Assembly: GCA_045628985.1 (NCBI GenBank)
Contig: JAZQQH010000029.1
Coordinates: 7,140-71,139, forward strand
From: Bacteroidales bacterium
Lineage (GTDB): Bacteria; Bacteroidota; Bacteroidia; Bacteroidales; UBA3663
DNA: 64,000 bases
Direction of reading: 5' to 3'
This document shows positions 27,109 to 36,599 of the stretch, one piece after another. The stretch's first letter is position 1. Each line of letters starts with the position of its first letter. A model generated the notes under the pieces. It was not told the DNA's origin. It saw only the letters and a program-made list of their open reading frames with translations, and did no database searches. A program made the translations under genes and the position numbers.

Positions 27109-28290
27109 ATGATAGAAAATTCACGTAGTTTGTTAGCTTTTCGCAAAAGCCTAATCAAACTGCTTACCGACAAGCTTGGCTATAGATACAAGAATATGCG
27201 CGACAAAAGCAAGTCCGGACACGACTTGAATGCTTGGGTATATGGGCCGCGCGTCAGCTGGGATCACTATTCGTACCTAGAGATGATCAACACGGGTGAG
27301 GCACATTATCGTGTGGATATGCCAGCATCGATAATGGAACATTTGGGCGACGAAGTGATGTTCTGCGAGTACAGAAACCAACCCTCTAAGCGAACTCCAC
27401 ATGAGGCCCGTGAGCTGGCCTACGAATTGTTGCAGTGTGGCTAGGAATTCGAGATCAAGAAAGATGAGTGTGGTTATAATCGTAGGCAGGGCGGCCAGCA
27501 GTTTGGTGTGGTTCAATATATAAACTGGCTCAATGCCCAGGCTAATCACTTCTGCGTTCATGAGGCGTGGCGTGGTGTGAGAAACGACGGAGTGGCTTGG
27601 GATATGGTGCTCTGCATCAATGGTATACCGCTCGTAGCGGTGATGATAGTACCCACGACACCAGGCCATAAGCCATGCGAAGATGCCTACGAGGAGATGC
27701 GCCGACAGATTGAGGCAGACCTGCGACTGAATACATATTGTCAGCTTTGTGTGATCAGTGACGGTAAGACTACGCTGGTGGGTACGCCCGACGATCAACC
27801 GGAATGGTTCCTGCCCTGGGAGGTGCAAGCTGTAGATTGCCAGCGGGCTGAAGCTGAAGGTGTAAAAGGCAGGCTGCAACCCTTCTGGGTGCTGTTCGAC
27901 AAGGTGCGGCTGGTGGAGTATCTTCGCCACTTCTTCCGTTTGGTGGGCGAAGGGGATTGCCTGATGCGCTATGCGGCACCCTGCCATCAGGTCTATGCTG
28001 TGAAGGCTGCTGCTCGGCATCTTGCTGAGGGTGAGGGCGCAGGTTACGCTGTGCTTGCCCAAAGCGACGAGGAGCTGCGTCCTTATCCGTTCGAGACCAA
28101 CTACGAGACTACCCGACGCCTCTTTGCCGACTACGTGATGCTGTCTGACGTGCTAAATGGAGTAGAGGAGGGGAGCGATGCTACGGTACAGTTTGTTGTA
28201 GAGCCGCGGTTGTCGCCCGAACCGCTGCCTGGACAGTGTGTATATCGACCTGAGACGAAGCTGAAATCCCCATTCGCCAATCTCGAATGA
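27109..28290 (+). pseudogene. Decayed N-terminal remnant of a type I restriction enzyme R subunit (HsdR_N-like), interrupted by an in-frame TAG at 27442-27444
   Basis: ORFs 27109-27444 and 27508-28290 share one frame. WDMVLCINGIPLVAVMIV, VISDGKTTLVGT and APCHQVYAVKAAARHL resemble the HsdR N-terminal nuclease domain and the Q-motif region. The E-x-K catalytic residues are replaced and no helicase domain follows. Confidence 0.55.
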
Positions 28291-28484
28291 TGCCTATGGA
28301 GAAGTAGCGATGTGCACTGGGGCGATGCGAAAGCGTAAATAATATTCTCCTATTAGGACTATTTGATGCAAGAAGGAGAGTAATCCTTGTAGTTCTGCAA
28401 TGGCAGACTCCAGTGGATTGCTCTCCTTCGTTGTTTTCTCTATAGAGTTAGTTTCCGTGTAGCGAAACTATCTGTAAATATACA

Positions 28485-30959
28485 TTACTTCTGACACTTT
28501 TGGCCGAAAGCATTGTAGGTCTGGCCGTTACTACGGATCACGAACTGTTGGTTCTCGTAGCTCTTACCATTGGTCTTTGGCTCATTGGCCACCTCATAGA
28601 TGCCTGTAGCAGCATCATTGATTACGATATGGGCGGTGCGACCCCAAGTGTTGGTTGCATCGACGACCATCGAGATTTCGCCATCAACATAGCTGACAGT
28701 GACGGTACCCTCAACGCAGAGCCAGAGAGGCAGCGAAGCCAGTCCTTCCTCGTTGAGCTGAGCATAGAAGGTTGGGTAAGCACTGGTACCGCTGACCGAT
28801 CCTGCCTGGACGGTGCCAGGGGTATAGTCCTTGGAGATTGGATAAACGCCCTCCTCGAGTTGTGCGCTATTGCTATAGATCAGGGTATAGAAGACCTCGC
28901 CAAAGGTGCTCTGGGCCTGCAGACGGTGGTAGCCGTAGGCCTCTTGGTACTCGAAGCTGACAATCTCGTCGAGGCTGAATTCGACCTCGATGTCGTTGTC
29001 TGGGTCGTCGTACATATCGCCCTGTGGTTCTTCCTTCTTGAGCTGGCCGCTCAGGTCGATGGTGTAGTTGGTACTACCAGCCTGACAGATACCAGTGAGG
29101 GTGAAGTCTTCGTCGTTGAGTGTGAAATCGACGTTGCAGTTGTACATGGTCAGTGTCTCCTGATTTTCGGTGCCGAGGTTGAGTACTACCTGACAGTATG
29201 ACTTGTTGGCCGAGCTGAGAGCATCGTAGTTGCCACTGTGAACGTACCAAGCATCGAGCACAATCGAGAAGTAATCATTGCCATCATCGCTCATTGCATA
29301 AATCTGGAAGGCCCCGTAGTCTTGAGTGAGGTCCTGCAGCTCAGCGTTGTGCGATACGAAGGTGGCCTCGCTGGTGACATCAGGTACGAAGAGGTCCATG
29401 TGCAGGGTGTAATCTACGAAGTCATCGCCCAGGAACATGGCATCGAGCACCAGGTTGCCGCGCTCGTCTTCGGTGATAATGGCCGACTTGACGATACGCG
29501 ATGAGACTTCGTTTGTCTGTGTTTCGAGCACGAAGACCATCTGCTCGGTCCAATCGGCAGGGAATGGCGGAGCCATGATAGAGGCCTGGATGCGCTTGTA
29601 TTCGTCATTGCTGCCCATTAGGTAGTATATCAGTCCGAAGAGGTCGGTTTGCTCCAAATTGTGAGCCTCGACGGTTTTCTGGCCTACTACCTCGAGCTCC
29701 TTCTGAAGGTTCAACTGATAGCAGACTGAATCCTTGAAGGTCAGCGAGGCATTGAGCATGAGTACATTATCAGCCGAAGCAGTGACATCGAGCAGACCAT
29801 TGTCAAACTCTACAACCTCATTGTTCTCAAGGTTGAGCATGTAGGTGTGAAGCATATCGAAGCTATCGAATGAACCTGTGGCACCCTTGTAGGCTACGTG
29901 GAACTGACGCTTCTGGTCAGTACTGGTGGCTACGAACGAGGCGTTGTGACTAGACATCGGATCAACGAAGAGGAATTGGTCGAGGGTCGCATCGACCTGA
30001 ATAGTCTGGACGGGGTCGATAGGCAATGACTTGAGGTAATGGAAGGTGACATTGTCACCATTGTCGAGCACACCCGAACCAGTGATCTCGAACTCGGTGA
30101 ATGGATCGTCGCCTGTGGCGGTGAACTGCAGTTCGGTGAAGGCATTCTGCAGTCCAGTGGTCATGTCGTAGAGGTAGCAATATGAACCCCAGCAATTGTC
30201 GAGCGTATAATTTCCGGCAAAGAGGTTGATGTCTTCGGGGTTGGTGAAGTCGAGCGAAATGCGATAGTGATCCCAATCCTCAAACAGGACGTTCCAGTCT
30301 CCGCTAAAGTCGTAATAGGCCAAGCTATAGAGTTGCTTTCCCTCGACCGTGATGTCCTGATGCTCATGAGCCTTAGGTGCAACGACGATATGCAAGGTTT
30401 CGCCTAGGGTGGTTACGAAGGTTCCGTCGAGCTTGGCAAGGTCTGGAGCTGTGCTTGGCGAGATGGAGAATGAGCACTCAGTGACACTAAACTCAACGTT
30501 ATTCTTGCGGCCGTATGTGTAGTAAGGCTCGATGTCTGCTGTGGTGTATTCGCCGTAGAGCTCCTCGCTATAGAAGTCGAGGTTGAAGTCGTACTGGTCG
30601 CCATTGTCGAGGGTGGTGATGATAGAGCAAAACCACTCCTGTGAATACTCATAATAGTACCAATTGTATGAATATTTGTCCAGAATAATTTCTACGACTT
30701 GGTCTTCAGCCTTAGCACGGCGAGGTGCTTGAGCCAGTTGAGCGTGGGCATAAGGCCGTGGAGTGCGGGCTGCAGGTCCAGCCATGCGCTGATGGGTAAG
30801 CTGCTCGAGGCTCATGGGCATAACGGGCAGCTGACCGATGCGAGGCATAATCTGTCGGTGCTGTTGAGGAACGGGTGCTGCTACTGGAGTGAGTGTAGTG
30901 GCAGCGGTGGCGCTGGCAGTCAAGGCCAACGACATCAGTGAACCAGGAATAAATTTCAT
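28485..30959 (-). CDS. Large secreted protein of unknown function (824 aa), possible T9SS-type C-terminal tail
   Basis: N-terminal signal-like segment. A TAatTTTGCA promoter lies at 31051-31060 on the minus strand. The C-terminus ...FVIRSNGQTYNAFGQKCQK resembles beta-strand sorting tails of Bacteroidales secreted proteins. I recognised no catalytic family. Confidence 0.7.
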   Translation of the reverse strand: MKFIPGSLMSLALTASATAATTLTPVAAPVPQQHRQIMPRIGQLPVMPMSLEQLTHQRMAGPAARTPRPYAHAQLAQAPRRAKAEDQVVEIILDKYSYNWYYYEYSQEWFCSIITTLDNGDQYDFNLDFYSEELYGEYTTADIEPYYTYGRKNNVEFSVTECSFSISPSTAPDLAKLDGTFVTTLGETLHIVVAPKAHEHQDITVEGKQLYSLAYYDFSGDWNVLFEDWDHYRISLDFTNPEDINLFAGNYTLDNCWGSYCYLYDMTTGLQNAFTELQFTATGDDPFTEFEITGSGVLDNGDNVTFHYLKSLPIDPVQTIQVDATLDQFLFVDPMSSHNASFVATSTDQKRQFHVAYKGATGSFDSFDMLHTYMLNLENNEVVEFDNGLLDVTASADNVLMLNASLTFKDSVCYQLNLQKELEVVGQKTVEAHNLEQTDLFGLIYYLMGSNDEYKRIQASIMAPPFPADWTEQMVFVLETQTNEVSSRIVKSAIITEDERGNLVLDAMFLGDDFVDYTLHMDLFVPDVTSEATFVSHNAELQDLTQDYGAFQIYAMSDDGNDYFSIVLDAWYVHSGNYDALSSANKSYCQVVLNLGTENQETLTMYNCNVDFTLNDEDFTLTGICQAGSTNYTIDLSGQLKKEEPQGDMYDDPDNDIEVEFSLDEIVSFEYQEAYGYHRLQAQSTFGEVFYTLIYSNSAQLEEGVYPISKDYTPGTVQAGSVSGTSAYPTFYAQLNEEGLASLPLWLCVEGTVTVSYVDGEISMVVDATNTWGRTAHIVINDAATGIYEVANEPKTNGKSYENQQFVIRSNGQTYNAFGQKCQK

Positions 30960-31367
30960 ACAAGAAAAATGATAAAAGGTAATTGTTTTGAAAAAAACTA
31001 TTTCTGAGAGTTATTAATATAAAAATAATGATGAAACGAGATTTTTGTTGTGCAAAATTACAGTATTATTTCTGTATATCCAAATACCTGCTGCTTATTT
31101 TACATATTTTAACGATAAAATGCAGCTTTATGGATCTAAATGTTGACTATTTGTGTCGATAAAGTCTCTCGAAAATGCCAACCTGTTGTATTGTATTCCT
31201 TTTCGTAAGTGATAAAATATGGCAAAAAAAGGAGAAATGTATGGGTAAAATCGTACAGAAACAGTTCGCCTTTTGTACATTTCGTGAATATCTGTGTGCT
31301 TTGTATGAAATTCTTCTAGTGAACAATTCTTTTCACTAAATGAGCGGGACAATCGAAAAAAGAGCTC

Positions 31368-31375
31368 TATCTTTG
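31368..31375 (+). promoter_or_regulatory. -7 promoter box TAtcTTTG with a leader of about 110 nt
   Basis: CTCTATCTTTGCAGCG. The next ATG-initiated gene starts at 31493. Confidence 0.5.
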
Positions 31376-31393
31376 CAGCGTCAAAAAAAGGAA

Positions 31394-31432
31394 GACCCAC
31401 CCCGGCCCTCCCTCAAATGGAGGAAACGGAAA
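31394..31432 (+). repeat. G/C-tract palindromic mini-element, copy E4 (degenerate)
   Basis: GACCCACCCCGGCCCTCCCTCAAATGGAGG aligns with the reverse complement of E3 (ACCCACCCCCTGCCCCTCCCGTCGAGGGAGG). Confidence 0.55.
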
Positions 31433-31492
31433 GTCACAAACAGTGGTCAAAAGTTTTGAGACACATATAATAATAAGTAAACAACTTTATTT

Positions 31493-32071
31493 ATGAAAAA
31501 GCTCTTTACCCTTGCAGTAATGATCCTCTCGATGATTAATGTAATGACCTCATGCGATAATCAAGAAGATAACTTCATCGCTCAGCAGCATGTTGCCGCA
31601 CAGAAACAAGCCAAACCTGCTGTAGAAATTAGTTTGCTGGTTGCAGCTACTCCTGGTCAGATGCAATATTTTGACGAAACTTATATTGTTGAGGTCGGAG
31701 GCAAGCAGCATACAGTGAAGGTATCGGATATGGAAGCTATTACAGATAGCCAGGTCCTTTCGTTCGATAATGCTAAGGATTTGGAACGAAGCTTCGAAGT
31801 CGAAGGTCATTTCTATGTTTATCCATTGGGCATGATTCACGCTGGCGAGAGTGCCAAGGTTGTGGCACACAAGTTCGTAGTGAAGGCCGACCACCCTGTC
31901 GAAGAAGTAGATTGTGTTGAAGCAGTAAACTTCTTGTCTGCTGGTCGCATTATGAATTTGCATACTGACGTGAAACTTTATCCTGGAGTCTATGGTGATG
32001 ACGAGAACTTGGCTATCTGGACTCAGGGTGTCGAACAACAACAACGCGTAATCGCAGAGGTAAGATACTGA
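31493..32071 (+). CDS. Hypothetical lipoprotein (192 aa)
   Basis: Signal peptide with lipobox (VMTSC). A strong terminator follows at 32140-32183 (AGAACGGGCAAGAC/GTCTTGCCCGTTCT plus T-tract). Confidence 0.65.
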   Translation: MKKLFTLAVMILSMINVMTSCDNQEDNFIAQQHVAAQKQAKPAVEISLLVAATPGQMQYFDETYIVEVGGKQHTVKVSDMEAITDSQVLSFDNAKDLERSFEVEGHFYVYPLGMIHAGESAKVVAHKFVVKADHPVEEVDCVEAVNFLSAGRIMNLHTDVKLYPGVYGDDENLAIWTQGVEQQQRVIAEVRY

Positions 32072-32225
32072 TCCTTATAGCCTCAAAACCTTATAACCTC
32101 AAAACCTTACATGGCGATAATCTTCTATTATAATAACCCAGAACGGGCAAGACTCATATGAATGTCTTGCCCGTTCTTTTTGTCATTGTTTGAGGTCGTT
32201 ATTACGAATATGTTTTTTCTTCTTT

Positions 32226-33317
32226 TTACTTAGGATATTGCATCGTGACGCAGTGGAGCGAACCGTGCTGTCGGATTAGAACGCGGCAGTCGATGCCGAC
32301 AATCTCACGATCGGGGAAGGCTTGCTGCAGAATCTCCTTGGCCTGAAGGTCATTCAGTGGCTGGTTGTAAGTAGGATAGAGGACAGCCCCATTGATGATC
32401 AGGAAGTTGGCATAGGTGGCAGGTAGGCGCTGATCACCCTCTTCTTCAACAGCATCGGCAAAGTCGCTCTCGAGGATGGCATCGGGCATTGGTAGTGCCA
32501 GCAGGCGATACGGTTGGTCGTCGGCTGTACGGAAACTACGCAGCTGCTCCTCCATCGCCTTGAGCTCATCGTAATGGATGTCGTCCTTGTCATGACACTT
32601 GACATAGACGATGGTATTGTTGGGGCATAGACGAGCCAGGGTGTCAATGTGAGAATCTGTGTCGTCGCCAACGAGGAAGCCATGATCGAGCCAGAGCACA
32701 CGCTTGGCGCCAAAATCCTCGTGGAACCATGTTTCAACCTCCTCCTTCTCGTCGAACCAGTTGCGGTTGAGCGACATAAGACATTCCGATGTGGCCATGA
32801 TTGTGCCCTCGCCGTCACTCTCGACAGAGCCCCCTTCGAGCACACGACGGCGCTCGTCGTCGTACTTGGCTTCCCAGAGGTCCAGGATATCGGCTTCCTC
32901 GAAAGTGCCCCCCAAGAAGAGACGATGACAGATCTGGTTGTCGAGGTTCGAGGCGAACTTCAATCCCCAGCCATTGAAGGAATAGTCACGAAGCACGATG
33001 TTGGCTCCACCCTCAACGTAGTTTGGGTTCCAAGCCACATTGCGTGTGCAGATGTAAGCGTGGTCACGAGCCCAGGTATCATTCGTAGGACACTCTGCTA
33101 TAACGATGAGGCTCATGTCTATGCCTGCGTTGCGGAGCTGTGCTTCAACCTCTTCGGGTTCGGGAGTTACGACGAGCAGAGGCTCACGACGGATTACTTC
33201 GCGAGCAATATTGAGAAAACACTGTTGTGCGGCCTCGAGATATGGGGCCCAATCGGTCTCGGCGTGAGGCCAGGTGAGTTGTATGAACCTTTGAGGTTCC
33301 CATTCTGCAGGTAACAT
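32226..33317 (-). CDS. aguA: Agmatine deiminase (PAD_porph family)
   Basis: MLPAEWEPQ...TWP N-terminus, WARD motif (NDTWARDHA) and C-terminal GSLHCVTMQ catalytic Cys region. Confidence 0.9.
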   Translation of the reverse strand: MLPAEWEPQRFIQLTWPHAETDWAPYLEAAQQCFLNIAREVIRREPLLVVTPEPEEVEAQLRNAGIDMSLIVIAECPTNDTWARDHAYICTRNVAWNPNYVEGGANIVLRDYSFNGWGLKFASNLDNQICHRLFLGGTFEEADILDLWEAKYDDERRRVLEGGSVESDGEGTIMATSECLMSLNRNWFDEKEEVETWFHEDFGAKRVLWLDHGFLVGDDTDSHIDTLARLCPNNTIVYVKCHDKDDIHYDELKAMEEQLRSFRTADDQPYRLLALPMPDAILESDFADAVEEEGDQRLPATYANFLIINGAVLYPTYNQPLNDLQAKEILQQAFPDREIVGIDCRVLIRQHGSLHCVTMQYPK

Positions 33318-33416
33318 GGCGGATAGAGTTTTGTGTTTAGAGTTTAGAGAATAGAGTTGAGGGTGTAGAGATGATAGCTATGGATGTTTTGGGCGTTTTG
33401 GTTTGTTGTTTATAAC

Positions 33417-34226
33417 TTAGCGTTTCGAGAACAAAGCGTGAAGCCTTTGGCGCAGGCCGATTCGTTCGGGTTGAAGCTGGGGCATAGGTGTACCTTCGGG
33501 CAACAGCTGGCGCAGTGCATTATAGACCTCGCCATAATGGCATAATGCGTAATCGCCTTGCAGCGTCTCGAGCTTCTTGAGTGAATCTTTGTCGCGTGTC
33601 TGGAGCATGATCAGGGTACTGACAGGGCATGGACAGATATCTACCTCCTCAGCATCACGGATTTGGAAAGGCTGATTGGCTGAAGGATCAATGATATTAG
33701 TAGAGTTAGCTGCAGAATTGGCTGATGTTCCCACAGTGACGAAAAAGACTGTCTCTGGGTCTTGGGCTATGACCTTTAGTTCACAATCTTTCCAATCCTC
33801 TTCTGCAATGCGCAGAGCCAGTAGGTGGGCGGGAATCTTCCAAAATCTGATTACACAACCAGCCGAAGCCAGTTGCTCAACCTTCATCACATCGAAGTTG
33901 CCCCAGGGTTGCATCTTCTGGATATCTAGCTCCAGGCTCTGTATGTGTTGGCGTAGTCCCTGGGCAGAGAGCATCATCTGCTCCCAGTGATTGAGTATGC
34001 GCAGACAGGCAGCCTCGTCGGGAGCCGATTCGCTCATGTTAGGCTGGTCTTCGCTCTGTAGCATGGCTCCCATCTCGTCGAGCACCTGGCGCAAACGTAC
34101 TATCTGCTGGTCTCGCTTCTCGGGTTCAGATGGGGCAATGGCCGATGGGGCTGACTGCTGAGGCAGCCTGCCGTCTTCGAAGGTCTCGCGATATAGGCCC
34201 TCTATAAGGTCATTCAGTTCGTTCAA
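33417..34226 (-). CDS. Hypothetical protein (269 aa), apparent TTG start
   Basis: A TAtcTTTG promoter lies at 34256-34263 (minus strand), and TTG is the only in-frame start after it. Predicted coiled-coil. No confident family. Confidence 0.55.
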   Translation of the reverse strand: MNELNDLIEGLYRETFEDGRLPQQSAPSAIAPSEPEKRDQQIVRLRQVLDEMGAMLQSEDQPNMSESAPDEAACLRILNHWEQMMLSAQGLRQHIQSLELDIQKMQPWGNFDVMKVEQLASAGCVIRFWKIPAHLLALRIAEEDWKDCELKVIAQDPETVFFVTVGTSANSAANSTNIIDPSANQPFQIRDAEEVDICPCPVSTLIMLQTRDKDSLKKLETLQGDYALCHYGEVYNALRQLLPEGTPMPQLQPERIGLRQRLHALFSKR

Positions 34227-34357
34227 AATGGGTCAACTTGCAATAATGTTCGGTGCAAAGATACAGAAAACTTTGACAAATCAGACATTTATGTGCAAAA
34301 TTTACGATTATTTATTAAAAATAATCGCAAAAACTTTCTAATCTCGTCGAAAAAGAC

Positions 34358-34365
34358 TAACTTTG
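34358..34365 (+). promoter_or_regulatory. -7 promoter box TAacTTTG
   Basis: CTAACTTTGCGCAC lies about 23 nt upstream of the ATG at 34388. Confidence 0.55.
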
Positions 34366-34387
34366 CGCACGCAAAATTGGAATTAGA

Positions 34388-34696
34388 ATGAAAATAACTC
34401 GCTCAAAAATTGGTGCTGCGCTTCGTTTGGCTCAGCGACATTGGTTCAAGGTCTTTTGTGGAGGCTTTGTCTTCTATCTGCTTTTCTGTGGAGATTATAG
34501 CCTGGTCAATATTGTTTCGCTCGAAGCCCAGGAGGCTGATCTGCGCAAGCAAATCAATATGCTAAAGGATTCGGTGGCTAACTACGAGCAACGCCTCGAT
34601 GCAGTCAATGCCGATAACGAACAGTTGGAACGCTATGCTCGTGAGCACTTGCATATGTACGGTGTTGACGAAGACCTTTACCTTATAGACGAATGA
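34388..34696 (+). CDS. FtsB/DivIC-type septum formation initiator family protein
   Basis: 102 aa with a single TM segment followed by a leucine-zipper-like coiled coil (EADLRKQINMLKDSVANYEQRL...LERYARE). Confidence 0.7.
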   Translation: MKITRSKIGAALRLAQRHWFKVFCGGFVFYLLFCGDYSLVNIVSLEAQEADLRKQINMLKDSVANYEQRLDAVNADNEQLERYAREHLHMYGVDEDLYLIDE

Positions 34697-35019
34697 TGAT
34701 GAAACATCTAGAACGTATTGCTTATATCCTGATTCTCCTGTCTGCTGGCCTCTACCTGATTGTAAAGTGGCTGGCCCCATGGCTCATGATTGCTGGTGGA
34801 CTGGGTGTAACGGCCTGCCATCTGAATGAGAAGTATAATGGCACCAATCTGCGTCAGAAGCGCAATATGCGTCTGCGTTATATGCTGGGCCTATTCTATA
34901 TGGTGTCTGGCTATTTCATGCTCAAACCAGGCATGGATTGGCTGCCTTTCCTCTGCGTGGCAGTGCTCTTGGAGCTCTATACGTTGTTTGTGATTTCGAA
35001 GCGCGAGAAGGGCGAGTAA
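34693..35019 (+). CDS. Small membrane protein (108 aa, about 3 TM), hypothetical
   Basis: It overlaps the preceding stop by 4 nt. Hydrophobic segments are present. I recognised no family. Confidence 0.55.
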   Translation: MMMKHLERIAYILILLSAGLYLIVKWLAPWLMIAGGLGVTACHLNEKYNGTNLRQKRNMRLRYMLGLFYMVSGYFMLKPGMDWLPFLCVAVLLELYTLFVISKREKGE

Positions 35020-35060
35020 GTACTCGTCTCTCAATTCTACTTATTAGGTTTCTGTCAGCT

Positions 35061-36599
35061 GTGCGTAACTTACTGCTTTTGCTTGCGTCGCTAAGCTTCA
35101 CTTCGAACTTTGCACAAGGACTAACCGATGGTTTGGAGCAAACCTACGAACTGCAATCATCGGTCAGCAATGGTACTACTCCCTTGTGGCTCAATGCCAA
35201 TCGTTACGGACTCAGTTCACTGTGCTCGTCGAATGGCTACGCTCGTGCCTCTGTGGAGCGACCCATATCGGTCGATGACCAGAAGCGTTGGGGCATTGGT
35301 TATGGTCTGGATCTGGTTGTGCCTTATCATTTCACGAGTCATCTGGTCTTACAGCAGGCCTATGCCGATCTCCGGTACCGTCACCTATTGCTCACCTTGG
35401 GACAGAAGCAGCAGCCCATGGCCTTGAAGAACAACCAGCTGAGCTCTGGATCGCAGACCTTGGGAATTAATGCTCGGCCAGTGCCGGGATTGCGTCTCGA
35501 GGTGCCCAGCTATTGGTCGGTACCAGGAACAGGACATTGGCTGGCCTTGCGCGGACATATCTTCTATGGTATGATGACCGATGGATCATTTCAGCACGAT
35601 TGGACCGAGGGAAAACTGCGCTACAGTCAGGATGTGCTGCTCCACACCAAGGCTGGCTATCTCCGCATTGGTCCACAGGACAATGAGCGTCCCTTCAGCC
35701 TTGACCTTGGTCTCGAGATGGCTTGTGAGTTCGGCGGAACGCTCTACCACACGGCTCAGGGTACGATTCGTGGCGCGCATGGAGCGAAGGCATTCTGGCA
35801 AGCCTTCACTGCTACGGGTAGTGACGAGATTGACCCCGTGTATCACAATGTGGGAGGTAATCAACTGGGCTCGTGGGTGGCTCGACTCAACTATGATTGG
35901 CAACATGTGGGCTTGTCGGTCTATGCTGATCATTATTTCGAAGATCATTCGTCGATGTTCTTGACCGACTACGATGGCTATGGTTCGGGATCGGATTGGG
36001 ACAAACGGGACAAAAGTCGCTATTTGATATATCCACTCAAGGACATGATGTTGGGTGCAGAAATGCGTCTAAAGGATTGTCCATGGCTTAATACGCTGGT
36101 TATAGAATGGATAAATACACGCTATCAGAGTGGTCCTATCTACCATGATCACAACCCTGGCCTATCGGACCATATCGGGGGTAATGACGACTACTACAAT
36201 CATTACCTTTATCATGGTTGGAGTCATTGGGGACAGGTCATAGGCAATCCACTCTATCGTTCTCCTATCTATAATGCCGACCAGACCATGCAGCTTCAGA
36301 GCAATCGTTTTTGGGCTTGGCATGTGGGCGTGGAGGGATCGTTGCCTATCTTGTACAATTGGTTTGAGCGGCTCGACTACCGACTGCTCAGCAGTTGGCA
36401 GAAGTCCTGGGGTACCTATCTCTCACCATTCTTCGAACCACAATCCAACAGCAGCCTGATGGTCGAGGTTACAGTTCAGCCTTCAGCCCAAGAGTATTGG
36501 CGCAATTGTTCGGTTCGTCTATCCTTTGGAATGGATCGTGGCGCATTGTTAGGTGATAATACTGGTGTACAAATGTCAATAATCTATCGTGTAAAATGA
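35061..36599 (+). CDS. Capsule assembly Wzi family outer-membrane protein
   Basis: NGTTPLWLNANRYGLSS is a Wzi-like N-terminal motif. A GTG start at 35061 gives a clean signal peptide (VRNLLLLLASLSFTSNFAQG). The alternative ATG at 34938 would overlap the upstream gene by 82 nt. Confidence 0.7.
   Translation: MRNLLLLLASLSFTSNFAQGLTDGLEQTYELQSSVSNGTTPLWLNANRYGLSSLCSSNGYARASVERPISVDDQKRWGIGYGLDLVVPYHFTSHLVLQQAYADLRYRHLLLTLGQKQQPMALKNNQLSSGSQTLGINARPVPGLRLEVPSYWSVPGTGHWLALRGHIFYGMMTDGSFQHDWTEGKLRYSQDVLLHTKAGYLRIGPQDNERPFSLDLGLEMACEFGGTLYHTAQGTIRGAHGAKAFWQAFTATGSDEIDPVYHNVGGNQLGSWVARLNYDWQHVGLSVYADHYFEDHSSMFLTDYDGYGSGSDWDKRDKSRYLIYPLKDMMLGAEMRLKDCPWLNTLVIEWINTRYQSGPIYHDHNPGLSDHIGGNDDYYNHYLYHGWSHWGQVIGNPLYRSPIYNADQTMQLQSNRFWAWHVGVEGSLPILYNWFERLDYRLLSSWQKSWGTYLSPFFEPQSNSSLMVEVTVQPSAQEYWRNCSVRLSFGMDRGALLGDNTGVQMSIIYRVK

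Noticed and set aside
27277-28062. 261-codon minus-strand ORF overlapping the HsdR_N-like remnant
   Set aside because: I saw no family resemblance and no promoter. The plus-strand frame carries the recognisable HsdR N-terminal motifs and a consensus promoter. The long antisense frame is most simply explained by the locally high GC content. It remains formally untested.
31128-31400. 90-codon minus-strand ORF in the 533-bp intergenic region
   Set aside because: It has a GTG start inside the palindromic element, an AT-rich low-complexity translation, and no promoter box on that strand upstream. It overlaps the plus-strand promoter at 31368.
33417-34226. Possible relationship of the 269-aa protein to the N-terminal cytoplasmic domain of V-type ATPase subunit I
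   Set aside because: This was only a vague impression from the segment ...LELDIQKMQPWGNFDV.... There are no membrane segments and no neighbouring V-ATPase genes. I left it as hypothetical.
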